The position numbers and the translations under genes were made by a program. From an uncultured Candidatus Berkelbacteria bacterium (GTDB lineage Bacteria; Patescibacteriota; UBA1384; UBA12157; JAENIV01): a stretch of DNA of 64,000 nucleotides. Shown in pieces: positions 20,064 to 28,386 of this stretch (position 1 is the first letter of the stretch; every line of letters begins with the position of its first letter). The stretch covers positions 734,131 through 798,130 of the forward strand of contig OY969116.1 in assembly GCA_963698075.1 (NCBI GenBank). The letters run 5' to 3'. The notes beneath the pieces are model-generated. The model made no database searches, was not told where the DNA came from, and was given only the letters and a program-made list of their open reading frames with translations.

Positions 20064-21209
20064 ATGAAAATTGCCATCGACGCTTCGAGGGCCATTAATG
20101 AGAAAGCAGGGATTGGTCGTTACACTCGCGAGCTGGTCAAAAAAATGATTGAAGTCGATAAAAAAGCCTGCCTGCCGGCAGGCAGGAATCAGTATCTTCT
20201 GATTTTCAGTTTTTTCCGCCAAAGCCCTCAAAAAGAAAAACTCATCAAAACCTTCGAAAATTCTAATGCTAAAATAAAAATTTTAAAAATCCCGGGTGCA
20301 CTCAAAGAAAAGGCCTGGCAATGGCGCCTATCATGGTATGAGAAGTTTTTGGAAGGCGCCGATGTTTTCTTTGCTCCCTCATTTTTTGAGGTTAATTTTG
20401 GTCTGAAGATTCCTCAAGTAGTGACGATTCATGATCTTTCAACCTTCATTTTCCCCAGCCACCGGGGGGAAAATGTCTCCCAAAGATTATCCAAACGAGC
20501 TAAGGCAGCGGCCAAAATTGCCAAAAAAGTCATCTCTGTATCGGAGTCAACCGCTCAAGACACCATTAAATATTTAAATGTCAACCAAACTAAAATCAAG
20601 GTCATCTATCCGGGAATCACTGATTTGCCAACCCCGGTCAAAAATTTACCGGCGTCTTTGAAGCCCCAATCTTACATTCTTTTTGTCGGTACGATTGAAC
20701 CAAGAAAAAACTTAATCGGTCTTTTTAAGGCCTATGCTCTTTTGCCGCCAAGATTGCAAGAAAAATATCCGTTAGTAATTGTTGGCGCCGAAGGTTGGCA
20801 GACCGGTGAGATTTTTGCCACTATTCGGCTGCTCAATTTAGAAGATAAGGTGAAGTTTTTAGGTTTGGTGAGCGATAACATTTTGACCAAGCTCTATCAA
20901 GAGGCCGCGGTTTTTGTTTACCCTTCGTTATATGAGGGTTTTGGCCTGCCGGTTTTGGAAGCGCTCTCTTTTGGGACGCCGGTGGTTACCTCAAATATCT
21001 CTTCTTTGCCAGAAGTCGCTGGCCCAGCCGCCCTCCTGGTGGAGCCCCAAGAGCCCAAGTCAATTGCTAGAGGCCTACAGCGGCTTTTAGAGGGCAAATT
21101 TGAGCGTGAAAACTTGCGAAAAAAGGCCCAAAAACAGGTTCAAAAATTCTCCTGGGACCGGGCGGCCAAAGAGACTATCAAAGTTCTTGAGGAGGTAGGT
21201 CGTGGCTAA
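20064..21209 (+). CDS. Glycosyltransferase family 4
   Basis: GTIEPRKN and [15 protein letters not shown] motifs; carries an in-frame palindrome insert. Confidence 0.95.
   Translation: MKIAIDASRAINEKAGIGRYTRELVKKMIEVDKKACLPAGRNQYLLIFSFFRQSPQKEKLIKTFENSNAKIKILKIPGALKEKAWQWRLSWYEKFLEGADVFFAPSFFEVNFGLKIPQVVTIHDLSTFIFPSHRGENVSQRLSKRAKAAAKIAKKVISVSESTAQDTIKYLNVNQTKIKVIYPGITDLPTPVKNLPASLKPQSYILFVGTIEPRKNLIGLFKAYALLPPRLQEKYPLVIVGAEGWQTGEIFATIRLLNLEDKVKFLGLVSDNILTKLYQEAAVFVYPSLYEGFGLPVLEALSFGTPVVTSNISSLPEVAGPAALLVEPQEPKSIARGLQRLLEGKFERENLRKKAQKQVQKFSWDRAAKETIKVLEEVGRG
20167..20186. repeat. Perfect 20-bp palindrome CCTGCCTGCCGGCAGGCAGG inside a CDS
   Basis: Self-complementary; encodes the ACLPAGR insert absent from paralogs. 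Confidence 0.85.
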
Positions 21210-22275
21210 ACCTGTCCTTGCCATTCTAACTGAATCTATCAGATACGATAATCAGCATGCACTTGAGTATTTCTCTAAAATCAAACCGGTCCATTTTTAT
21301 AAAACGGCGCCTTATGGGGATTTGACGAAGAACGATCTGAAAGACGCGGTTAAATACCATAATTTCGCCGACTTAGAAAAGAAGTTACTGACTTTAAAGC
21401 CCGATATTATTCAAGGTGCTGAACCATATGGATCGAAAATTCAGTTACGGCTTTGTCATATCGCCTGGCGGGTTTCGCGCCAGCTTAATATTCCGCTCAT
21501 TTTCGGCATGCTCGAAAACCGGCCGGTTAAAGAGAGGTTTGGCAAATTATTGGCGCCAATGCTTAAAAAAGTTTTGGCGGCTTATGCGAAACAGGCAAGG
21601 CTAATATTTTATCTAAATTCCGGGGCGAAGCGGAATCTCCTGGAAGTGGGGGCTGATCCATCGAAACTGAAGAAATTACTATATGGCATCTGGGGCGTTG
21701 ATAGCTCTGTTTTTAAACCACTAAAACCTAAAACCTTGAACCTAAAACCTCACATTTTATTTGCCGGCAGAATTGATGAAGCCAAGGGAATTCCGTATTT
21801 GCTTGAGGCGTGGAGCATGATTTGGCGGGATTATCCTGATATTGAGTTGGTCATGGCAGGCAAAGGGGAGATGGAAGATAGAGTAAAAAGGGAAAAGGGC
21901 ATAAGGTATATAGGCATGGTCAAAAATCAGGATTTGCCGGCCTTATTTAATCAGGCCTTGTTTACAGTTTATCCATCAGTGACTCTAAAGCGCTGGGAAG
22001 AGCAGGTAGGGATGGTTAATTTGCAGTCGCTTTCTTGCGGCACGCCAGTTATCACCACCAAATCCGGCGCCATTCCCGAATATATCAATAGTAAAGTGGG
22101 GATTTTGGTACCAGAGCGAGATTCAAAAGCGCTGGCCGAGGCAATGCGGAAATTATTATCGGATACTAAATATCGCCAAAGATTGGGAGCTGCCGGCCGG
22201 CAATATATCTTAGAGAACTTTGATGCTAAAAAGACGATAGAGAAGGTAGAAAATCTCCTTATAGGACTCTTATAA
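21202..22275 (+). CDS. Glycosyltransferase family 4
   Basis: FAGRIDEAKG and WEEQVGMV..QSLSCGTPVI motifs. Confidence 0.9.
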   Translation: MAKPVLAILTESIRYDNQHALEYFSKIKPVHFYKTAPYGDLTKNDLKDAVKYHNFADLEKKLLTLKPDIIQGAEPYGSKIQLRLCHIAWRVSRQLNIPLIFGMLENRPVKERFGKLLAPMLKKVLAAYAKQARLIFYLNSGAKRNLLEVGADPSKLKKLLYGIWGVDSSVFKPLKPKTLNLKPHILFAGRIDEAKGIPYLLEAWSMIWRDYPDIELVMAGKGEMEDRVKREKGIRYIGMVKNQDLPALFNQALFTVYPSVTLKRWEEQVGMVNLQSLSCGTPVITTKSGAIPEYINSKVGILVPERDSKALAEAMRKLLSDTKYRQRLGAAGRQYILENFDAKKTIEKVENLLIGLL

Positions 22276-22291
22276 ATCAATCATCCATTCA

Positions 22292-22318
22292 AACATCGAT
22301 TAAAATTTAAGTTATGTG
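22292..22318. promoter_or_regulatory. 27-bp 11-5-11 palindrome, copy 2
   Basis: AACATCGATTA-AAATT-TAAGTTATGTG. Confidence 0.65.
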
Positions 22319-22435
22319 TGCTAGAGACTTCTTTATATTTTATAATATTTTTTATTTTTAACCTGAAAAATATACTACTTTTTCTACTCGAGTAATCAAA
22401 GTGATATAGTTTTCCCTGTTAGACTATTAATTTGT

Positions 22436-22471
22436 AAACAAAAAGCCCCGCCGGTTTTCACCTTTGGGGCT
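22436..22471 (-). terminator. Intrinsic terminator of the TrmB-2 cargo operon
   Basis: AGCCCC-AA-aggtgaaaaccg-GC-GGGGCT followed by TTTTGTTT. Confidence 0.75.
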
Positions 22472-22508
22472 TGGTGGTGGTGCCGTTGTGCCTGTTGGGG
22501 CGCGAGGC

Positions 22509-22871
22509 CTAGTAATACATCTTGGCATACTTGATCTCCAGAAGTAGTTCCTCCAGCGCTTTAATTCGCGGCTTGTCATCGGGGTAGTAGCGTTTCTCTG
22601 CTGCCAAAAGGGCTTCGACGGGAGCGGGAGCTTCGAGAATTTGGCAGTTAATGCGGATTTTCTCCTTATCTGTTTTGTCCTTTGATTCCTTGGCGCTGGA
22701 AATTCTGGCCTCATCGAACGCCCGATAACATTTGGCGTACTCCTCGGGCGTATCTTCCCCGATTCCGACGTAGGCGTATGCCGCCATTGCCCGAAAGACA
22801 GCTCCTGTGAGCTTGAGTCCGGTCTGCCAATCGGGGGACAGCACTCTAAACACGTCTTCCCATCCAGGCAT
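22509..22871 (-). CDS. Hypothetical protein (TrmB-2 cargo 3)
   Basis: 120 aa, SD AAAGGAG, GC-rich. Confidence 0.75.
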   Translation of the reverse strand: MPGWEDVFRVLSPDWQTGLKLTGAVFRAMAAYAYVGIGEDTPEEYAKCYRAFDEARISSAKESKDKTDKEKIRINCQILEAPAPVEALLAAEKRYYPDDKPRIKALEELLLEIKYAKMYY

Positions 22872-22886
22872 CTGTTTTCTCCTTTC

Positions 22887-22939
22887 TCAACGCTCCAATC
22901 CCGTTAGATAACGATGTATCCAATGGGACTCGAGGTTGA
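22887..22939 (-). repeat. TCAAC...GTTGA bulged hairpin, copy 3, with an 11-8-11 element as its apex
   Basis: TCAAC CTCGAGTCCCATTGGATA catcgt TATCTAACGGGATTGGAG C GTTGA. Confidence 0.8.
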
Positions 22940-22983
22940 CCATGTTAAATCTGAAAACTATTTAACAGGGTTGAGCCCCGCCC

Positions 22984-23250
22984 TCACGGACGGGGCTGGT
23001 TGAAATTGCGGCGGATAAGCCGCAGTGCTTTGCCCTCTAACTGCTTGGTTTGCCTCCGTGTTTTGCCGAGCAGCCGACCCGCTTCCTCGAGAGTCATGAG
23101 GTGGGCGGAGAGGCCGAAGCGATAGCTCAGAACCATCCGTTCAGACACATCAAGGGCGGCGTAGGCTTGGCGGACTCGTTCTTGGTCTTCGGCGGTCACA
23201 TCCTTCAGCTCTTTGCCTGTTAGGGCTCGCGCCAAATGCCTGAAATCCAT
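22984..23250 (-). CDS. Stand-alone sigma-70 region 4-like HTH protein (TrmB-2 cargo 2)
   Basis: LDVSERMVLSYRFGL...TLEEAGRLLGKTR..KQLEGKALRLIR resembles sigma region 4; SD AGGAGG. Confidence 0.8.
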   Translation of the reverse strand: MDFRHLARALTGKELKDVTAEDQERVRQAYAALDVSERMVLSYRFGLSAHLMTLEEAGRLLGKTRRQTKQLEGKALRLIRRNFNQPRP

Positions 23251-23272
23251 GAGTTCCTCCTAGGAGATAGAT

Positions 23273-23315
23273 TCAACTCTTGAACTCCCATATCTCTATA
23301 GAAGCTCGAGGTTGA
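23273..23315 (-). repeat. TCAAC...GTTGA bulged hairpin, copy 4
   Basis: GC TCAAC CTCGAGCTTCTATA gaga TATGGGAGTTCAAG A GTTGA AT. Confidence 0.8.
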
Positions 23316-23462
23316 GCCGGAAAGTCACCCAACCCTCCGGCTATTTTGATCTTACCCATGGCTGTTTGAACGGGTTTGATCGGTTGTCGTGTGGTTGCCT
23401 TCTGGTTCTTGCCCAGGCGCCCCACACAGGCTGAGCCGTTCTCGGCTAGCGAACCGCTAGAG

Positions 23463-23759
23463 CTACTCCTTCACCAGGAATGCTACGGCTTGGATGATAA
23501 ATCCTGATGGTTGGAGCCAGTCTAGAGTGAAGTAGCCGCGATTTGGTTCGGGATACTCCCTAACCTTGACGTCCTTCATCTTGGTGGGTTTATCCTGGCC
23601 AGGAAAAGTAATCTCCTTGGCCTCCAAATCGGCGACGTACTCCTTTCCCGCAGGGAGGGTATGTTCGAGAACGTAGAGGGTATCTGGCGTTCTCGCATAC
23701 TGGCCACTGCGGGCGGTAGTGGTAAGGCGGATCGGTATGGTCTCACCTCCTTTCAGCAC
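23463..23759 (-). CDS. Hypothetical protein (TrmB-2 cargo 1)
   Basis: Open GC-rich frame; start uncertain (SD AAGGAGGTGA points to an in-frame ATA at 23738). Confidence 0.7.
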   Translation of the reverse strand: MLKGGETIPIRLTTTARSGQYARTPDTLYVLEHTLPAGKEYVADLEAKEITFPGQDKPTKMKDVKVREYPEPNRGYFTLDWLQPSGFIIQAVAFLVKE

Positions 23760-23808
23760 AGGTTGTCAAAAACAGGTTAACAGGTATAACTTATCTTCAG
23801 AACGTAAT

Positions 23809-23912
23809 ATTATAGCACATTCCGACTGATTTGTCAAGACTTTTTACATATATATTGACAAAATAAAAGATTTGATATATAATATAATTAATAAATGTAA
23901 AAAAAATTTACA
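23809..23912. promoter_or_regulatory. Divergent promoters plus operator pair (TrmB-2)
   Basis: Both promoters TTGACA-17-TATAAT; operators TGTCAA-N5-TTTACA (23832-48) and TGTAAA-N5-TTTACA (23896-912). Confidence 0.8.
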
Positions 23913-23915
23913 ACA

Positions 23916-24662
23916 ATGAATCTAGAGAAACTTTTAGAAGAATTTGGGTTAAATGAGAAAGAGGCAAAAACTTACCTTGCCTGTTTGGAATTGGGGCCAT
24001 CGAAAATTCATGACATTGCTGACTTATCGGGCGTTGGTCGAGTGAATACCTACTATATTATTGAGAAATTAATCCAGCATGGTTTGGTCAGCCGCACTTT
24101 CAAAAAAGAGAAAATGCTTTTTGTGGCGGAAGAGCCGGAAGTTTTAGCGGAAATTGCCCAACGCCGGGCCAAGCGTTTTAAAAATTTATTACCCAATCTT
24201 AAAGCCCTCTCAAAAGGAGAGAACAAACCCTCGGTCAGGTATTACGAAGGCGAAGAAGGAATCAAAGCGTTATATGAAGATTCTTTAACCAGTAAAGAAA
24301 AAATATATGCTTGGAATAGCGCCGAAAATCTTGAAGCAGTCATGCCGGAATATTTTCACGATTATTACAAGCGCCGGGCAGCCAAAAATATCTTTATTAC
24401 AGGTATTTTGAATGATTCTCCTGAAGCGCGGGCATACCAAAAGCAGGATAAAGAGTTAAAACGCGAAATTCGACTGGTGCCCGAGAATCGAATGAATATT
24501 AAGCCTGAGTGCTATATTTATGAAAATAAGGTCTCTTTTATGTCTTTACGGGAGAAAATTGGGGTGATGATTGAGTCTAAAGATATCGCCGATGCGATGA
24601 AACGGCTATATGAACTTGCTTGGGAAAGAGCTGGGGAATATCAAAAAAAGGTCTCGAAGTAA
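23916..24662 (+). CDS. TrmB-family transcriptional regulator (paralog 2)
   Basis: FGLNEKEAKTYLACLELG...PSVRYYEGEEG. Confidence 0.9.
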   Translation: MNLEKLLEEFGLNEKEAKTYLACLELGPSKIHDIADLSGVGRVNTYYIIEKLIQHGLVSRTFKKEKMLFVAEEPEVLAEIAQRRAKRFKNLLPNLKALSKGENKPSVRYYEGEEGIKALYEDSLTSKEKIYAWNSAENLEAVMPEYFHDYYKRRAAKNIFITGILNDSPEARAYQKQDKELKREIRLVPENRMNIKPECYIYENKVSFMSLREKIGVMIESKDIADAMKRLYELAWERAGEYQKKVSK

Positions 24663-24669
24663 AACAAAA

Positions 24670-24699
24670 CCCCGTTAGATAACTCTGTATCTAACGGGG
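24670..24699. repeat. 11-8-11 palindrome
   Basis: CCCCGTTAGAT-aactctgt-ATCTAACGGGG. Confidence 0.85.
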
Positions 24700-24703
24700 C
24701 AGG

Positions 24704-24732
24704 AGCCCCGCAGCCGATATGGCTTTGGGGCT
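24704..24732 (-). terminator. AGCCCC-AA...GC-GGGGCT hairpin ending the TrmB-3 cargo operon
   Basis: AGCCCC AA AGCC atatc GGCT GC GGGGCT; the T-tract lies beyond the 11-8-11 element. Confidence 0.6.
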
Positions 24733-24741
24733 TGGGGCGAT

Positions 24742-25098
24742 CTAATCGACATTAGGCGTCTGGATTACAGCAACAATAACTGCTGCTGGAATCCACATCG
24801 GTACAGGTTCATCTTCCCAGTCGTATCCCGGATGATAGGGGAACCAAGCGTCTCTCAGAAAAGCTCCTTTTTCATTCAAGCTTGCAAGGTTTCCTCTAAC
24901 CACCAGGTGTTCCTCCAGATCATCTTCCGGCTGTTTTTTCTGGTTCCGATAAGTACCGCGTGGTAACTTGATGTTGGTGATGATATGGAACGTTGGTCCC
25001 TCTGGGGAGTTCTTGAAAGGGCCAACATGGCCAAGTAGCCAGTACCAATTCTTGATGTCATCCCAGATTTTCTTAATCTTTCTCCCTAGCTTCTTCAT
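24742..25098 (-). CDS. Hypothetical protein (TrmB-3 cargo 2)
   Basis: Start reassigned to MKKLGRK at 25098 (SD AAGGGG), downstream of hairpin copy 5. Confidence 0.7.
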   Translation of the reverse strand: MKKLGRKIKKIWDDIKNWYWLLGHVGPFKNSPEGPTFHIITNIKLPRGTYRNQKKQPEDDLEEHLVVRGNLASLNEKGAFLRDAWFPYHPGYDWEDEPVPMWIPAAVIVAVIQTPNVD

Positions 25099-25136
25099 TG
25101 TTCCCCTTGCGTTTAAGGGCCGCCGCCCGTAGATTG

Positions 25137-25182
25137 TCAACTCTCGAGCCATCCAAGTCAAACCTGAATGGCTCAAGGTTGA
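25137..25182 (-). repeat. TCAAC...GTTGA bulged hairpin, copy 5
   Basis: TCAAC CTTGAGCCATTCAGGT ttg ACTTGGATGGCTCGAG A GTTGA; all three non-Watson-Crick pairs are G.U on the minus strand. Confidence 0.85.
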
Positions 25183-25211
25183 CCCCGCCCCTGATTGGGG
25201 CGGGGTGAGTG

Positions 25212-25574
25212 TTACTTTTTCCTCCAGTGCTCAATGTCAAGCTGGCGAATGTAGACTGTACACTGACCCCTGCCAGCCGGCTGTTCGATGATGACGACGA
25301 TGTCATCCCCATCCACAGCCCCTCGGTAGACCAGGAAGTCATACTCGAAGACTTCATCTCCTCGTTTAGTGAAAACCCAGAAACACACAACAGGAGGTTT
25401 GAAATGGACCAGGAGATGTGAGCCACTCCAGTCCCTACTAGAGCGGCTCTCCTCAGGGATCAATTCCCAGGTTGCCTGGGAAAGATCCGCCAAGAATTGG
25501 GACCTCTGACAGATCAACTCTGCCCACTCCTCGGCAGTCTCTGGCCTCGGATAGCCGATTTTGCGAACTTCCAT
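25212..25574 (-). CDS. Hypothetical protein (TrmB-3 cargo 1)
   Basis: Start reassigned to MEVRKIG at 25574 (SD AAGGAGAGG). Confidence 0.75.
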   Translation of the reverse strand: MEVRKIGYPRPETAEEWAELICQRSQFLADLSQATWELIPEESRSSRDWSGSHLLVHFKPPVVCFWVFTKRGDEVFEYDFLVYRGAVDGDDIVVIIEQPAGRGQCTVYIRQLDIEHWRKK

Positions 25575-25652
25575 TTTCCTCTCCTTGAGTTTTAAGCTTC
25601 GTTCCAATGGGCGATACCTGTTATCAGGTATGCTTCCCATCGTGAACGTCCT

Positions 25653-25748
25653 ATTATAGCATATATGCAAGCAAATGTCAAGTCTGTATAGACATATATT
25701 ATGGACTATTGACCAAATATAATAAATAGTGTATAATAGAATTAAACA
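25653..25748. promoter_or_regulatory. Divergent promoters plus operator pair (TrmB-3)
   Basis: Minus TTGACA-17-TATAAT; plus TTGACC-17-TATAAT; operators TGTCAA-N7-TAGACA (25676-94) and TGTATA-N7-TAAACA (25730-48). Confidence 0.75.
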
Positions 25749-25750
25749 AT

Positions 25751-26509
25751 ATGAATAATGAAGAGTTAGTAAAATTGTTGGCAGAATTAGGAATTACCGG
25801 CAATGAGGCGAAGGTTTATCTCGCCTGCTTGGAGCTGGGGCCGACAACAATTACTAAAATCGCCCGTAAAGCGGAGGTTGAGCGGGCAACGGTTTATGCG
25901 ATTTTGGATCGTTTGAAAGAAAAAGGATTAGTAGGCATCGAAGTCAAAGATTATGACCGGCATGTTCAAGTTGAGACACCCGATAAATTATTGGTTCTTG
26001 CGCGGCACAAAAAGAGGGCCATCGAAGAAAAAGAACATCAATTTAAAGAAATTTTGCCAGATTTGTTGGCTACGGTTAACCAGCGCGGCAAACAGCCAAA
26101 AGTGCGGTTTTATGAGGGGAAAGAGCAATTTATGGCTGTTTTTGATCAAGCATTAGATGAAACCAAAGAAAAAATGTATTTTTTTGGCGCGGCTTCGCTT
26201 TTTGTTGACCTTATTTCTTATCAGTTTGAAAAAGAATGGATTAAAAGAAGGGTACGTAAGAAAATCCATATTGATATTTTGGTCCACAAAACCCCATTAA
26301 CCGAGAGATTTAAAATTGACGACGAGAAAGAAATGCGAACCACTCGATTTTTGCCATCGAATATGAAATTCGAGGCCTCATATCTTTTATGGGGTAATAA
26401 AATTGCCCTCTGGAACCCCGTCGTTCCTTTGGCAATAGTTATCGAGGACGAAATTATCGTCAAAATGTTTAAGGAGATGTTTTTCGGGTTGTGGGCAAAG
26501 GCAAAATAA
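25751..26509 (+). CDS. TrmB-family transcriptional regulator (paralog 3)
   Basis: EAKVYLACLELG...RATVY..L..L.EKGL, PKVRFYEG. Confidence 0.9.
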   Translation: MNNEELVKLLAELGITGNEAKVYLACLELGPTTITKIARKAEVERATVYAILDRLKEKGLVGIEVKDYDRHVQVETPDKLLVLARHKKRAIEEKEHQFKEILPDLLATVNQRGKQPKVRFYEGKEQFMAVFDQALDETKEKMYFFGAASLFVDLISYQFEKEWIKRRVRKKIHIDILVHKTPLTERFKIDDEKEMRTTRFLPSNMKFEASYLLWGNKIALWNPVVPLAIVIEDEIIVKMFKEMFFGLWAKAK

Positions 26510-26673
26510 TATGTTAAATTAAAAAAAGAATATTAAAAATTGAAGGCCCATCCAGCGCTTAATCTCTTAGAGAATTAGATGATTATTTCTCTTCTCTAAA
26601 TAGATATCGCTTAGGAGGGCTTCCTGTTCTTTGCTTCCGTGTGAGGAGCGCAAAAACAGGAGCGGAGGGATTT

Positions 26674-28353
26674 ATGAAGAAAAAGGCACGGAATTTACTA
26701 TTAGAACTCTTATTGGTTTTCTTTTTTATTGCCAATGTGGGCGTTTGGTCAACCGCTCAAGGTTATTATGGCTCCAACACCTTGTTTGTTATCCGCGGGA
26801 TTCAGAACCTTAGACAAGCCGGCACCTCGCGCATCAAATCAATGGGCGGTGAATGGGTGCGCGAAGAATTCAATTGGCAAACGCTCAACCCACGGCGTGG
26901 CCGCTACGATATTGCCAATGCTGACCACGCGGTCTCTATCTATCGCCGCAATGGCGTCAAAGTTTTGGGGATGATTTGTTATTCATCGCTTTGGGGTTCC
27001 TCAAACCCCCGCGCCGGCACTGACGCCCAGTTTTATAAACCCAATATCAATGACTGGAAAAATTACGTTGGCTTTCTGGTGCGGCGCTATGGCAACTACG
27101 TCAAAGATTGGGAAATCTGGAATGAGCCGAACGCGATGTGGAAACCTAGCCCCAATGCCGACGAATATCGCGAGGTCTTAATTGCCGCCTACGATACGAT
27201 TAAATCAATTGATCCAGGAGCCAAAGTCGGCTCGGGCGGCACGACTTACATTGACAATGGTTTTATTAGTGCTTATTTGGATAACGGCGGCTGGGAACAC
27301 ACTGATGCCATTTCCGTTCATTACTACCCGCCCGGTAACATTGGTCCCGATGGCTTTGACGCGCCTTTGCGGCCCGAGTTGACGGATCTAGTCTATAATG
27401 TCTTAATTCCTCGCGGTAACAAAGAAATTTGGATTACCGAAATGGGTTGGCAATCGAGACCTATCGGCGAAGAAGCCCAAGCTTCAAATATTGCTCGGGG
27501 CGTGATTTTAGCCCGGACGATTAACGAAGTCTCCAAGATTTTAATTTTTAACATGCGCGATGAAACAGGGAACACTTATGGTTTAATGACCGCGGGGCTT
27601 AGACCCAAAAAGGCCTACAATTATTATAAAAAAACCATCGAAATGTTAGGTGGAAAACGCATCTCTCAATGGTTTGATTTAGACAATAATTCGAAATTCT
27701 ATATCTTTTCTGATGGTGGCGGGGCCGTGGCTGCTGCCTGGAATCCGTCGGGCGGTCAAATTACCGGTTTTCACGTCAATGCTTCCGGCATGCATTGCTT
27801 CGATATGGACGGCAAAGACGTTTCTTCTTCGGTGATTTTGGCCTGGAATGGTGGCGATACGACGCTCGCTTTTGGCCAACGGCCGATTTTCTGTCAGCTG
27901 GATAATTACTACGTCGCCGAAAATGATAAGCTTCAAGGTGAGCCGAAAGTCGCCAATATTGCCCAAGTGGCCGGCGTCTCGGATATGGCGATTTTTTCTG
28001 ATCAAACTTTAGCCGCCCCCACGGTTTCCGGCCAAGTGATGGGATTTTTAGGCGGCAAAGTTAACGGCCAGGTGATTGCTTATCAAAAAACTGATTCGGG
28101 TTGGCAGGAATTTAGCCAGGAAAAATTGACTAATTCTTCCTATAGTCTGGATTTACCTGACGGTCAATATTATCTGGCCTATGACGTGCCAGGGTTTGTT
28201 TCCTCGTCAACCCAGCCATTTGGGGTGGCCGGGGATACGACCGTTAATTTAGAAACCAAGTTGCTCAACTTATGGCTGCCAATGGTCCTTTTGGCCGGCG
28301 GAATTTTGGTTTTAGTCTTATTGGTCTTGAAATATTCGCGGAAGAAAAAATAA
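26674..28353 (+). CDS. Surface-anchored clan GH-A glycoside hydrolase (GH5/GH39-like)
   Basis: WEIWNEPN acid/base and IWITEMGW nucleophile motifs; N-terminal signal, C-terminal TM plus basic tail. Confidence 0.85.
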   Translation: MKKKARNLLLELLLVFFFIANVGVWSTAQGYYGSNTLFVIRGIQNLRQAGTSRIKSMGGEWVREEFNWQTLNPRRGRYDIANADHAVSIYRRNGVKVLGMICYSSLWGSSNPRAGTDAQFYKPNINDWKNYVGFLVRRYGNYVKDWEIWNEPNAMWKPSPNADEYREVLIAAYDTIKSIDPGAKVGSGGTTYIDNGFISAYLDNGGWEHTDAISVHYYPPGNIGPDGFDAPLRPELTDLVYNVLIPRGNKEIWITEMGWQSRPIGEEAQASNIARGVILARTINEVSKILIFNMRDETGNTYGLMTAGLRPKKAYNYYKKTIEMLGGKRISQWFDLDNNSKFYIFSDGGGAVAAAWNPSGGQITGFHVNASGMHCFDMDGKDVSSSVILAWNGGDTTLAFGQRPIFCQLDNYYVAENDKLQGEPKVANIAQVAGVSDMAIFSDQTLAAPTVSGQVMGFLGGKVNGQVIAYQKTDSGWQEFSQEKLTNSSYSLDLPDGQYYLAYDVPGFVSSSTQPFGVAGDTTVNLETKLLNLWLPMVLLAGGILVLVLLVLKYSRKKK

Positions 28354-28386
28354 GTTCTCGAAAAACTTCTCGACTACGCTCGAAGT

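Noticed and set aside
579-25182. CRISPR array interpretation of the recurring hairpins
   Set aside because: Copies are dispersed, non-identical and separated by whole genes; no cas genes in the window.
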